Assembly: GCA_035250975.1 (NCBI GenBank)
Contig: DATFEP010000061.1
Coordinates: forward strand, 1-64,000
DNA length: 64,000 nt
Origin: Nitrososphaeraceae archaeon
GTDB taxonomy: Archaea > Thermoproteota > Nitrososphaeria > Nitrososphaerales > Nitrososphaeraceae
Reading direction: 5' to 3'
A program made the translations under genes and the position numbers. The notes beneath the pieces are model-generated. The model saw only the letters and a list, made by a program, of their open reading frames with translations. It had not been told where the DNA came from and did not search any database. Below, one piece after another: positions 42,396 through 52,272 of the stretch (position 1 is its first letter; the number at the start of each line of letters is the position of its first letter).

Positions 42396-43334
42396 ATGAC
42401 TAGGAAAAATCATTTTTTTGGAAAAGATATAGTATCAATCAAAGATTTTTCTAGGGAAGATCTGGAATTTATTTTTCAAGCGACTGACATAATTAATAAA
42501 TCAGATCCTGATGAGAAAAGCGAATTAGGTAAAGGTAGAACTTTAGGTTACATTTTTTATGAACCTAGTACTAGAACAAGAATGAGTTTTGAAGCAGCGA
42601 TGGCATCCCTTGGAGGTAGCTCGATTGGGATTTTTGATTCTAAATTTTCATCTATTGAAAAAGGTGAAAGTCTAGCTGATACTGTAAGAATAATGGATTT
42701 ATATTCAGACATAATAATTTTAAGACATCCTAGAGACGGTTCAAGCAGATATGCAGCAGAGCTTTCTAATAATCCCATAATCAATGCCGGAAGTGGAAGC
42801 GAAGAACATCCAACACAGGCAATGCTTGATTTATACACCATAAAAAAAGAAAAAGGAAAGATAGATGATCTAACTATCGGAATAGTAGGTGACTTGAAAT
42901 ACGGAAGAACAGTATACTCGTTGTTATATGGATTGCAAAATTATAGAGTAAATATTTATCTGATCTCGCCTCCAACACTGAACATAAGAAAAGAATCAAT
43001 TTATGAAATTCAGAACAAGATAAAAATAAAACAAGAAAATTATTTAAATGACGTGATTACTAAACTGGATGTTTTATATGTTACTAGAATACAGAAAGAA
43101 AGATTTCCAGATGTTCAAGAATATGAAAAAGTTAAGGGCACTTATAGAATCGATGAAAAAATCTTGAATAACACAAAGGCAGATTTGTCCATAATGCATC
43201 CATTGCCAAGATTCGATGAAATATCTCATTCGATTGATGTGTCTCCAAAAGCAATCTATTTCAAACAGGCTGCATATGGTAAAGAGTTAAGAGCAGCTTT
43301 GTTAGCAGTCATATTAAATGAAAATCCTTTTTAG
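42396..43334 (+). CDS. pyrB: Aspartate carbamoyltransferase catalytic subunit
   Basis: FYEPSTRT, HPTQ, GDLKYGRTV, RIQKER, HPLPR. Confidence 0.96.
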   Translation: MTRKNHFFGKDIVSIKDFSREDLEFIFQATDIINKSDPDEKSELGKGRTLGYIFYEPSTRTRMSFEAAMASLGGSSIGIFDSKFSSIEKGESLADTVRIMDLYSDIIILRHPRDGSSRYAAELSNNPIINAGSGSEEHPTQAMLDLYTIKKEKGKIDDLTIGIVGDLKYGRTVYSLLYGLQNYRVNIYLISPPTLNIRKESIYEIQNKIKIKQENYLNDVITKLDVLYVTRIQKERFPDVQEYEKVKGTYRIDEKILNNTKADLSIMHPLPRFDEISHSIDVSPKAIYFKQAAYGKELRAALLAVILNENPF

Positions 43335-43479
43335 AATTCGATTATAAAAATTACGACAAGTATTCTGACATTATTTTACTGTCAAGTAATACATTTAGTC
43401 ACTAGCTGATATAATTAACATAAAGTAACACATTGACTATTACTTGCAAAATATTAAAAACAAAATTTGAAAAAATATA

Positions 43480-44400
43480 CAAATCTGAACACGATACTAA
43501 TGTAAAGCAAGGAACTCCACTTGTTATAGCATATGATAAACAGATTCCTGCAGAATTAGTAAGAGATCTTCACAAAAGTATAACAAGGTTCTAATTGTTT
43601 GAAAAGATACCATGAAGAACGTAAAGAAGAAGGATTAAATTTCGTGTAAAAGTGGCAGACTAGCAGAATTATGTAAAATGATTATACAAAATAAAAATTG
43701 AAAATCCTCTAGCCAAGATGTTACAGATCTAATTGTCAAAACTAGTGAAATTAGATATCCTCACATATACTGTTTGTTTCACAGTTTGGGATTCGAACAG
43801 AAGTGCCAAGAAAAGTACATATAAACACTGCATCTAAAAAAAGATAATGAATGTTTTATAAAATAACATAAAGATACACACCATAATATCCAAAACTGAT
43901 TCACATTAGTATCTACTGATGAATCGTTCAACATCTTATTAGATTATCTAAAACAGGTTCAGAGGAAATTTCCAAAATGTTATTCCTTCTTGGATAATGC
44001 AAAACAACATAGTTACAGATCAAAAAAAGTACTGAAATATTTTGATAAACATTCAAAGATTCTGATTCATATAAGTCAGGTGTCGTCATGAATATCATCA
44101 CACCATCTTTCCAAATTTTATGTCTAGATATTCAAAAATGTAGTTATTTTAGTTGAAAGATACGACATCAACAAAACATCTGACTTATTTGCCAACAGCA
44201 TCTCTGGAATTCATAATGCCTGATGAAACGCGAAACAAATACAAAAAGATCTTCCCGTTTTATATTATTACTGGCTCTACAGATTTTAGAAGTAAAATAT
44301 CCAAATATTTTAGAACAAAAAGATTTCACCTGGATATGAGAAACTACCTGTTTCAAGGTCAAGATAAAATATACTAATCGGTATAGTTTATAGAATGAAA
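43480..44400 (+). mobile_element. Decayed IS630-family transposase (boundaries approximate)
   Basis: Frameshifted pieces VPRKVHINTAS, VSTDESF, LDYLKQVQRKFPKCYSFLDNAKQH, YLPTASLEF, DFRSKISKYFRTKRFHLDMRNYL. Confidence 0.78.
44074..44185. mobile_element. 112-bp MITE-like insertion inside the IS630 remnant
   Basis: AGTCAGGTGT ... ACATCTGACT inverted ends flanked by TA on both sides; splits the transposase just before YLPTAS. Confidence 0.7.
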
Positions 44401-44458
44401 CAATTTTATGATTTTTAAATTATAATACATAAAAATTTGGAAAATGGTTAATTGTGCG

Positions 44459-47158
44459 TTATCCAGATACACAACTGCTAAATCCGCATTCTATGCACAC
44501 ATTACATCCCTCAGTGATAACGAGTTTTGATTTACAAGATGGACACAGTTCACTTTCGTCTATTTCCATTACTGTCTTTTGAATTAATTCCATATTCTTG
44601 TTAAAATTTGAAGTTATCAAAACTTCTTGTTCTTCTTTTTTCACGTTATCAAATATTTTACTTAGATATTGAACTATATATGGCTCTTTTATATGGGTAT
44701 GAATATAATTAGTAACATAATCACTTGGTTTTACAATGAAAGATTTTTCGAATGTATTTGTTCCTGGAATATGTAAAACCTGTTCATTTCTTGAGCCATC
44801 TCTATATACAGTAACACCCTTTAATCCCAATTCATGAGAAAGTAGATATGAAGATTTTACATCTTCCACTGTGACGTCTCCAGGCATATTTATTGTCTTT
44901 GCAATAGCATTACTTATCCATTTTTGCCATATTGACTGCGCCATGATATGATCTGTCCAATGAATATCTATTGCTGTTGTAAATATGGATTGTATCCATT
45001 TAGGAATTTCATCAAGACCTCTAACAGATCCATAATTATTTGCTATTTTTGTTAATATTTCATCATTATAAAGACCATTTTCTTTTAATATATTTTCAAA
45101 TATTTTATTAGTATAGAAAAATCTTCCAACAGTAACACGTTTTTCAAAAACCAGTGCAAAAACAGGCTCAACACCGTTAGAACAGTCTGCTATCATGGAT
45201 AATGTACCGGTTGGAGCGATTGTAGTAGTCCAAGAATTACGTATTCCAAATTTTCGGATTTTCTCGGTTAAAGATTCCCAATCATAAGCGTGCTGTTCTT
45301 TTGGTATTTCATAACATCCAGATATAGGTATTTTTCCATTCACATAATCAGTTTCTTTGAACAATGGAAAAGGTCCTCTAGATTTAGCAACAGCAACACT
45401 TTCTTCCATGCTATAATAGGTTAATGTTTCAGCTAGTTTATTCATAAATTCATAACCTTCTGTCGATGTGTAGGGAATGCGTAACAAAAACAATAGGTCT
45501 GCTATTCCCATTATTCCCAATCCTATCCTTCTCGTAAGTTTAGTATTGTAATCGATTTCTTCTATTGGATATTTGTTCACATCTATAACATTATCAAGAA
45601 ATCGCGATGACAAACGTATCGCCTGCTCATATCTATGCCAATCAAATTCATACATACCATCTGCCTTTCTTTTAACAAAATTTGCGAGATTTATAGATCC
45701 TAAATTACAGGATTCGTAAGGATATAATGATTGTTCGCCACACGGATTGGTAGCCCTCAATGGACCATTTTTAGCTTTGAGGCATGGATTGTATTTATTA
45801 ATATTGTCAAAAAATATCACACCGGGTTCGGCACTTTTCCATGCACTTAAAGATATAAGATCTATCAATTGATGCGAATCTATCTGTTTTACGGGTTCGT
45901 GGGTTCTTGGATTTTTGAGTGTAAATTTATTGCTGTTTTTATTTATCAAAGATGTCCAGAAATCATCCCACAGTCCTACACTTACATTAAAGTTTTCAAA
46001 TACACCTGATTTCGTCTTTGCAGTAATGAATTTTTCAATATCAGGATGCCAAGCTTCCAATATCCCCATGTTTGCACCCCGTCTTTTACCTCCCTGCTTT
46101 ACAACATCAGTAATGGTATCAATGATTCTCATAAAGGATGCAGGTCCTGATGCAACTCCAGATGTAGATGCAACTATGTCACCTTCAGGTCTGAGATCCG
46201 AATAATTTATTCCCACCCCACCTCCAGATTTAAAAATCATGGCCGCATCAGAAGATGTTTTCATGATCAGACCCATATCATCAGGCATATCTAGGACAAA
46301 GCATGCTGAAAGTTGACCTAATCTTGCTCCAGCATTCATTAATGTAGGTGTGTTGGGAAGAAAATCTTTTGAGACCATTAATTCATAATATTCTTTGATT
46401 TTGTCTTCAAAACATGTAAATTTCCCTTGTACAATTAATTTTAATATTTCCTTAAATGATAATTTCATTTGTCCTCTGGAGCATAATTGAACAAATAATC
46501 GTATCAGAGATTCAAAGTGATATTTATTAAGATAATATTCACCTATTTTCAATTTCAGATCGAACTCGTTTATTTTATCATAGTAATTGGTTGCTTCTTC
46601 AATATCCTGATTGTATCCTCCAGCCAAATTGAAAATAAGAGGGTCATGTAATATATCAGCAATAGACACAAGAATCGCAACTCTTTCGAACATCTCCTTG
46701 GGTCCTTCAATAATCTCATTATTATCATCACGCAAGAGATAACGGGATGATAAAACGCGTAAAGAATTGATATCAAAAGACTTGTCAACTTCATCCAAAT
46801 CTTTTTTATTGAGAATTTTCATTTTATCTTCTCTTAGTTTTCTTCTTTCATGTCTATAGAGAATATAAGACTTCGCAGTATCTGCAAGACCATCTTCTAT
46901 TAAAATTGATTCAACTATATCCTGAACATCTTCAACACTTGGAATTAAGCCCTTTTCAAATGAATTCCTAGTGATCTTTTCTAGTACCTTATGACTCAAT
47001 GTTTCAGCTAGTTTAAAATCTGGTTTACCAGTTGCAACCAATGCCTTGTAAATGGCATGTGATATTTTTGCTTCATCAAAATTAACAACTCTACCATCTC
47101 GTTTTTTTATTTGAAAAATAGAATTATTTTTTGATTTGTTTACTTCAGATACTCCCAT
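44459..47158 (-). CDS. nrdJ: Class II (AdoCbl) ribonucleotide reductase with N-terminal ATP-cone; start probably ATG 47158
   Basis: IKKRDG ATP-cone, PNTPTLMNAG, LSACF, TNPCGEQ, IAPTGT, YRDGSR, C-terminal Cys-rich tail. Confidence 0.96.
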   Translation of the reverse strand: MGVSEVNKSKNNSIFQIKKRDGRVVNFDEAKISHAIYKALVATGKPDFKLAETLSHKVLEKITRNSFEKGLIPSVEDVQDIVESILIEDGLADTAKSYILYRHERRKLREDKMKILNKKDLDEVDKSFDINSLRVLSSRYLLRDDNNEIIEGPKEMFERVAILVSIADILHDPLIFNLAGGYNQDIEEATNYYDKINEFDLKLKIGEYYLNKYHFESLIRLFVQLCSRGQMKLSFKEILKLIVQGKFTCFEDKIKEYYELMVSKDFLPNTPTLMNAGARLGQLSACFVLDMPDDMGLIMKTSSDAAMIFKSGGGVGINYSDLRPEGDIVASTSGVASGPASFMRIIDTITDVVKQGGKRRGANMGILEAWHPDIEKFITAKTKSGVFENFNVSVGLWDDFWTSLINKNSNKFTLKNPRTHEPVKQIDSHQLIDLISLSAWKSAEPGVIFFDNINKYNPCLKAKNGPLRATNPCGEQSLYPYESCNLGSINLANFVKRKADGMYEFDWHRYEQAIRLSSRFLDNVIDVNKYPIEEIDYNTKLTRRIGLGIMGIADLLFLLRIPYTSTEGYEFMNKLAETLTYYSMEESVAVAKSRGPFPLFKETDYVNGKIPISGCYEIPKEQHAYDWESLTEKIRKFGIRNSWTTTIAPTGTLSMIADCSNGVEPVFALVFEKRVTVGRFFYTNKIFENILKENGLYNDEILTKIANNYGSVRGLDEIPKWIQSIFTTAIDIHWTDHIMAQSIWQKWISNAIAKTINMPGDVTVEDVKSSYLLSHELGLKGVTVYRDGSRNEQVLHIPGTNTFEKSFIVKPSDYVTNYIHTHIKEPYIVQYLSKIFDNVKKEEQEVLITSNFNKNMELIQKTVMEIDESELCPSCKSKLVITEGCNVCIECGFSSCVSG

Positions 47159-47229
47159 ACAGCTCGCCTTCCAATTTTTTAACAATCATCATTATTTATA
47201 AGAATTGTGAATTGAAAATACCAATAAAA

Positions 47230-47309
47230 ATATTATATCAGGGGGTTAGATACAATCTTTAAACCATAGATTTTGGGTTATTTATCGATGTAAACCATAC
47301 ATGTCAATA
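47230..47309. promoter_or_regulatory. Phased candidate operator repeats upstream of nrdJ
   Basis: TAAACCATAGAT (47260) / TAAACCATACAT (47291) 31 bp apart; GGGTTA at 47243 and 47275, 32 bp apart. Confidence 0.45.
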
Positions 47310-47333
47310 GCTAGATTCTATAGTCATTTGTTA

Positions 47334-49475
47334 TTATATAGATATTAATGAAATCTTATGGGAACCACAGTATTCACAAATTCTATTATTAGCACGTTGG
47401 GATCGTTTTCCACAAATATTGCATAGGGTCAACCCATAGGTCATCCGAACAAAAGGGAGATCGAGTGATGATTCAATTAAAGTTCTAACATCTTTATCGG
47501 TAGAAATATTTTCAATATCGATATCAATAGAAAGATTTCCTTTCAGAATATTTTCTACAGCACAGTAATGATCACATATTGATTTCAAAGAAAGATTATT
47601 TGATAGCACATCTGTGCCCTTAATTTGAAAACCTTGTGAATAAAGCTCGTCTTTATCGTTAGATGAATTGTCAGAAATTGCGGTAGATTTACCGTATTTC
47701 TCGTTGTCTAGACTCTTGAATCGATTTGAACTTTCATCTTTTAATATGGCTATTCCTAGACTTGAATTTGATAATTCTTTAGTTTGTTCACTTATTATAT
47801 CTACAGCCGTCTGTATCACTTTACAAACAATATTTTCACCGTCGTTTCCAAACTTGTAACCTAAAATATTATAAATTGATTCATTAATTCCAACTAAATT
47901 TATCATAGCATCTATCTTGCCAAGTTGTAGATTAGAAGTAATTTTTGCTAGTAGTGGTGTTGTTCCCTTTTGTATATGCTCGGATATATTACTGACACGC
48001 TGGTAGATGACAGATATTAGCGGTTTAAGCAATAACGCAAGTCTTGCTCTAAAATATGTCTCATCTCTATTTGATTGATATGCTATTCGTGGGAGATTTA
48101 TTGACAAAGATTGAAGTGTTACTACCGTGGTTTTTACGGAAGGATGAACTGCTTTGCAAAGGCCGTACCTTCCCCGTATCTTTTGTTGAGAAAATGACAT
48201 AATTCCACCAAGTCTAGAAATCTTTGCAATTTTATCAGTATATTTGTAAATGCTGTTTCGGTCTTCGCAGACGAGAGACAAACCAATATTGGGAATAGGA
48301 GTATTTACTATGTACCTGTAGTATCCATCAATTACAATATCTATCAGGGAAGAATTAGAGCCATCTAGATTGATAGGCAACGTGATGTAGGGGGAAAATG
48401 ACGAAACAGATGATATTGAAGATGAAAGAAAAAGGATTTTAGAAACTTTATTAACAAGGTTTTCGTCGCTCTGAGCATATTTCGCAAGAAACTCAATGAA
48501 TCCCTCTAAAACTACTTCACGAGAAACCTCTCTAGTTAAAAGGGAGAGTAACAAAGGAATAATTGAATCATAATCATGTGCGTTACATAAGGAACTTATC
48601 CTTGAAATCCCTAGATACTTCCCTTTAATATCAGAAAGACTATCTACTACAGAATTTAGATTTATGAAAATTGTATCAGGAAGTAAATTCCAGAACCCGC
48701 TCTTACCAATATTAATTTCACCCATCAAATGCATATCTACAATATCTTTTGGGAGAGAATTATTAAGCAGATATTCAGTAAAAATTGAAGAGGCTGTCTT
48801 TATGAAAAGATCGGAAATTTCTACATTCGAACCCGTATCATTAATAATATTTATCAAATCTATTGGGGGTATTCCTAATCGTGCAAGTTTATTTCTATAT
48901 TCATCATATCCATGATCTACTAGGACTGAGTTGGTAGTTTCCCTTATTAGTGATGATGTTAGATAAGATGTTTGAATTTTGTAGATCTTATTCTCCACTT
49001 CCTCCGTAATCTTATTTGCAAGTTCCAAAGGCATATTGGCTTCACGTACTAAAGACTGAATAATTTTATTAGAATCAAATTCTTCTATCGAAGGTTTCGT
49101 AGTCCTAACATACAACTTCCCGCTTTCTATTATCGATCTTTCCTCTATTTGACGAGCGAGACTTAAAACTAATTTACCGAGATTAGTTATAGTATATCTT
49201 CTTTCTGCCTTATTAAGAGACACTAAAGATTGTCTAAGTAATTTTCTTAGATGATAAGCAAATTTGCCAGATTCTTTCTTTGATTTAAATCCTGCTAATG
49301 ATTTTAATTCAGAATAAGTTAATGGCCCCTTAGAATTTAAAATTCTGAGAATATCTATACGATTAGGACTCGCCATGACTGAAAAAATCATTCTTACACG
49401 TCTTGAAGCTGATTCTAAAATTCCACCACGTTTCAAACTTGTCCTATTCGTGGTTTGGTATTGTACTCGCTCCAT
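47334..49475 (-). CDS. ArsR-like HTH + ATP-cone + degenerate class III RNR (NrdD-like) fusion; start ATG 49475 or TTG 49496
   Basis: SPNRIDILRIL...FAYHLRKL wHTH; VRTTKPSIEEFDSNKI...SSLIRE ATP-cone; HLMGEINI, SINLPRIA, INLVGINE, terminal CxxC..CxxC; no RxxGY. Confidence 0.85.
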   Translation of the reverse strand: MERVQYQTTNRTSLKRGGILESASRRVRMIFSVMASPNRIDILRILNSKGPLTYSELKSLAGFKSKKESGKFAYHLRKLLRQSLVSLNKAERRYTITNLGKLVLSLARQIEERSIIESGKLYVRTTKPSIEEFDSNKIIQSLVREANMPLELANKITEEVENKIYKIQTSYLTSSLIRETTNSVLVDHGYDEYRNKLARLGIPPIDLINIINDTGSNVEISDLFIKTASSIFTEYLLNNSLPKDIVDMHLMGEINIGKSGFWNLLPDTIFINLNSVVDSLSDIKGKYLGISRISSLCNAHDYDSIIPLLLSLLTREVSREVVLEGFIEFLAKYAQSDENLVNKVSKILFLSSSISSVSSFSPYITLPINLDGSNSSLIDIVIDGYYRYIVNTPIPNIGLSLVCEDRNSIYKYTDKIAKISRLGGIMSFSQQKIRGRYGLCKAVHPSVKTTVVTLQSLSINLPRIAYQSNRDETYFRARLALLLKPLISVIYQRVSNISEHIQKGTTPLLAKITSNLQLGKIDAMINLVGINESIYNILGYKFGNDGENIVCKVIQTAVDIISEQTKELSNSSLGIAILKDESSNRFKSLDNEKYGKSTAISDNSSNDKDELYSQGFQIKGTDVLSNNLSLKSICDHYCAVENILKGNLSIDIDIENISTDKDVRTLIESSLDLPFVRMTYGLTLCNICGKRSQRANNRICEYCGSHKISLISI

Positions 49476-49582
49476 TGCACCCGTTATAATTAACAAGTAA
49501 TTAAAACTACCTTGTAAAGTTTTTTTTACAAATAATATAATGTATTGTAATTAACCAATTGAACAAATAAAATTAATAACTG

Positions 49583-50191
49583 TTATATCAAAACTGGCTG
49601 ACTTTCATGAAACTCGTTATCTTGTTCCTTGTGAATTCGTTTTTTATGTATACGCGTCGGTACTTCCGGCAGTTTGTTTTTGGTATCCTCTTCCATTACA
49701 GATTGTACTTCATTAAGAATGTCCAATGCCTCAGTGTTTACAGGAAAGTGAATAGTATCTGACTGTAGGTTTAGGCTGGTATTTATCAAAACATTATCAG
49801 TTAAAGATGACATCTCTGAGAAAAGTTGTTTTGCATGTGGAACTGTATTATCTATATCTATCTGAACTTCTTTTATTGTATTAATCATTGGATTTATTGT
49901 ATCTAAAATTCCAGCAAATTCGGAAATAGTAGAAAATCTAATAACTATTACCTCCAGTGCTATTGACAATTTTTGTGTTATATTTTTTATTTTCCTAATA
50001 TTTACCAATTCGCGAGCAATGACTTTAGCGTTACTAGTATCACCGTTCTTTATGTTAATTGCAACCTTACCTGATAATTCCCTATCAAGTGAGACGAATC
50101 TTTTATCAAGTATCCTCATTTTGGCAAGTTGTGTATTAACAACCACGGTTGCATGAGCAAGTCTGTTTTGAAGCTGGGGATACTTTTCCAC
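49583..50191 (-). CDS. ESCRT-III / Snf7 family protein (CdvB paralog)
   Basis: AKVIARELVNIRK, ALEVIVIRFSTI, EALDILNE...KLPEVP. Confidence 0.8.
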   Translation of the reverse strand: MEKYPQLQNRLAHATVVVNTQLAKMRILDKRFVSLDRELSGKVAINIKNGDTSNAKVIARELVNIRKIKNITQKLSIALEVIVIRFSTISEFAGILDTINPMINTIKEVQIDIDNTVPHAKQLFSEMSSLTDNVLINTSLNLQSDTIHFPVNTEALDILNEVQSVMEEDTKNKLPEVPTRIHKKRIHKEQDNEFHESQPVLI

Positions 50192-50288
50192 AACATCGTA
50201 TTAATTTTCAGGATGTTAACTTTGATGTTAACCAATGTAGACAATTTGATAAAGCATTATAAATTACCAAAACACGACATAGTTAAAT

Positions 50289-50675
50289 TCAGATTTTTTT
50301 AATTACTAGACCATGTTTTTCATCGAATCCAGCTACTTTTACTTTTGAACCGATAGGCAAATCTGATGGTGACTTGATCCCAGGAAGAAAACCAGACACT
50401 CTAATAGCGGCACCTTCAATGGAAAATACTACCCAAGCATAACTTTCTACGTCATCAAATCCTTCGGGAGGGACTGCATGGATCGTGAAAGTAATTACTT
50501 TACCAATACCATCCAATTCTATTACATCAAACTTATTATTTTGACATTTAGTACAATAGACCATCGTTTCTAAAATAAGTGTATGACAATTTCTACAACT
50601 TCTAACTAAAATCTTGGAATTCTTTGCAGAAGAAATGAATTTCTCTCTTAATCCAGAATTCAGTACATCTTTCAC
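50289..50675 (-). CDS. DUF35 Zn-ribbon/OB-fold thiolase partner
   Basis: CRNC...CTKC, GKVITFTIHAVPPEGF; follows thiolase. Confidence 0.9.
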   Translation of the reverse strand: MKDVLNSGLREKFISSAKNSKILVRSCRNCHTLILETMVYCTKCQNNKFDVIELDGIGKVITFTIHAVPPEGFDDVESYAWVVFSIEGAAIRVSGFLPGIKSPSDLPIGSKVKVAGFDEKHGLVIKKI

Positions 50676-50684
50676 CTTACTCGG

Positions 50685-51839
50685 TTACACCTTTTTAAAA
50701 ATATGAACTGCTGCACTAGCACCTGTAGCTCCAAAATTATGAGTAAGAGCTATTTTGGCATTCTTAATCGTTCTCTCTCCTGCTTTGCCACTAAATTGTT
50801 CATATACTTCAACTATTTGTCCTATACCAGTTGCTCCAATTGGATGACCTTTGGACTTCAAACCCCCAGATGGGTTAATTGGAATTCTTCCTTGTCTTGA
50901 TGTAGCACCATCCCTGATTTCTTTTACAGCTTTTCCCTTTTGAAAAAATCCTAAATCTTCAACATCAATTATTTCCGCTATAGTGAAACAGTCATGAACT
51001 TCAGCAAAATCCACATCTGTGGGCGAAATATTTGCCATCTTGTATGCCTGATTTGCGGCAGCAACAGTGCTTGGAATAGTGGCTATTTCTGCTCGTCCTT
51101 GGACCGCTGCGGGTGAACCTCCGCGACCAGATCCAATCACTTCTATATATTCTCTGCCACTTCTTTTTGCGAAATCTTCACTACAAACAATAACTGCTGA
51201 TGCACCATCAGAAAAAGGACAGCAATCATAAAGTTTCAAGGGAGAAGCTACAACTGGAGAATTTAATACATCATCCACCGTTATTCGCTTACGCATATGT
51301 GCCTTTGGATTCAATAGTCCATTTTCATGATTTTTAACCGCTACAAGTGCAAGATCCTCTTCATTTGCTTTAAATTTAGTCATATAGGCTCTAGCAATGG
51401 ACGCGAAAAGTCCAGGAAAGGAAGCACCATTACCACCTTCATAAAAGAAATCAGAACAGTAAGAAAAGAGAGTGGTACTCTCTGTCGTTCCGGTGTGAGT
51501 AACTTTTTCCACTCCCAGAGCTAAAACACAATCATAAAAGCCAGCGGCAACATTGGCATAAGCTTCTCTAAACATCACAGAACCAGAACCACATGCAGAT
51601 TCTATAGTAAGACCAGGAACGTGAGATATACCAAGATTACTCATTATGACAGGAGCCATATGTACTTGTTTATCAACAACACCGAAAACGTTGGAGATAT
51701 ACCCAGCCTCGATATCTTTTGGAGTAATTCCTGCTGACTCAATTGCATCTACAGAGGCATTTAATGCAATTTCAATAATACTTTCATTTAATTTACCATA
51801 TTTTGTACTACCTGCTCCTAAAATGCAGACCTTGTTCAC
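50685..51839 (-). CDS. Archaeal thiolase (acetyl-CoA C-acetyltransferase)
   Basis: ESACGSG, NPKAH, EVHDCF, GHPIGATG. Confidence 0.93.
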   Translation of the reverse strand: MNKVCILGAGSTKYGKLNESIIEIALNASVDAIESAGITPKDIEAGYISNVFGVVDKQVHMAPVIMSNLGISHVPGLTIESACGSGSVMFREAYANVAAGFYDCVLALGVEKVTHTGTTESTTLFSYCSDFFYEGGNGASFPGLFASIARAYMTKFKANEEDLALVAVKNHENGLLNPKAHMRKRITVDDVLNSPVVASPLKLYDCCPFSDGASAVIVCSEDFAKRSGREYIEVIGSGRGGSPAAVQGRAEIATIPSTVAAANQAYKMANISPTDVDFAEVHDCFTIAEIIDVEDLGFFQKGKAVKEIRDGATSRQGRIPINPSGGLKSKGHPIGATGIGQIVEVYEQFSGKAGERTIKNAKIALTHNFGATGASAAVHIFKKV

Positions 51840-51991
51840 TTCAGTGATTTATTGTGTGTATTATAAAAATGTTAGACACTATCTATATTGAAAAATAATA
51901 TTTGTATATAATTTTATCAATCAATAATAAAAGCAAAAAATAACTTTTTTTATTTTCTACATTTTTATGGATCTATTACTTTATTAAAATT

Positions 51992-52096
51992 ATGTCAAAA
52001 GATAACCGTAAAACATATGCATACAGTGAAAAGAGATCTAGAAGTAAAAAGATTGGAAAATTAGAACGGAGAATTAGAAAAAAACCAAAAGCGTAA
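51992..52096 (+). CDS. 34-aa highly basic microprotein
   Basis: MSKDNRKTYAYSEKRSRSKKIGKLERRIRKKPKA; clean ATG-TAA ORF. Confidence 0.6.
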   Translation: MSKDNRKTYAYSEKRSRSKKIGKLERRIRKKPKA

Positions 52097-52158
52097 TTTC
52101 TGGCAAAAAATATATTTCCAACCTAAAATTTATAACTATTTTTTTCTATTGAAAATTA

Positions 52159-52272
52159 TTGAAAAAAAGTAATTCAAATGCAAGGAAAACTACAAAAAAA
52201 GGGATAGCAATAACAGCAATAATAGTTGTTACAATAATCGCTGCTAGTTTTTTAGTTTATTTTATTCCTTAA
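52159..52272 (+). CDS. 37-aa single-pass membrane peptide
   Basis: TTG start; basic N-terminus then GIAITAIIVVTIIAASFLVYFIP. Confidence 0.55.
   Translation: MKKSNSNARKTTKKGIAITAIIVVTIIAASFLVYFIP

Noticed and set aside
44459-47185. Intein in nrdJ
   Set aside because: No C...HN splice motifs or LAGLIDADG; TNPCGEQ and QGGKRRGA are uninterrupted
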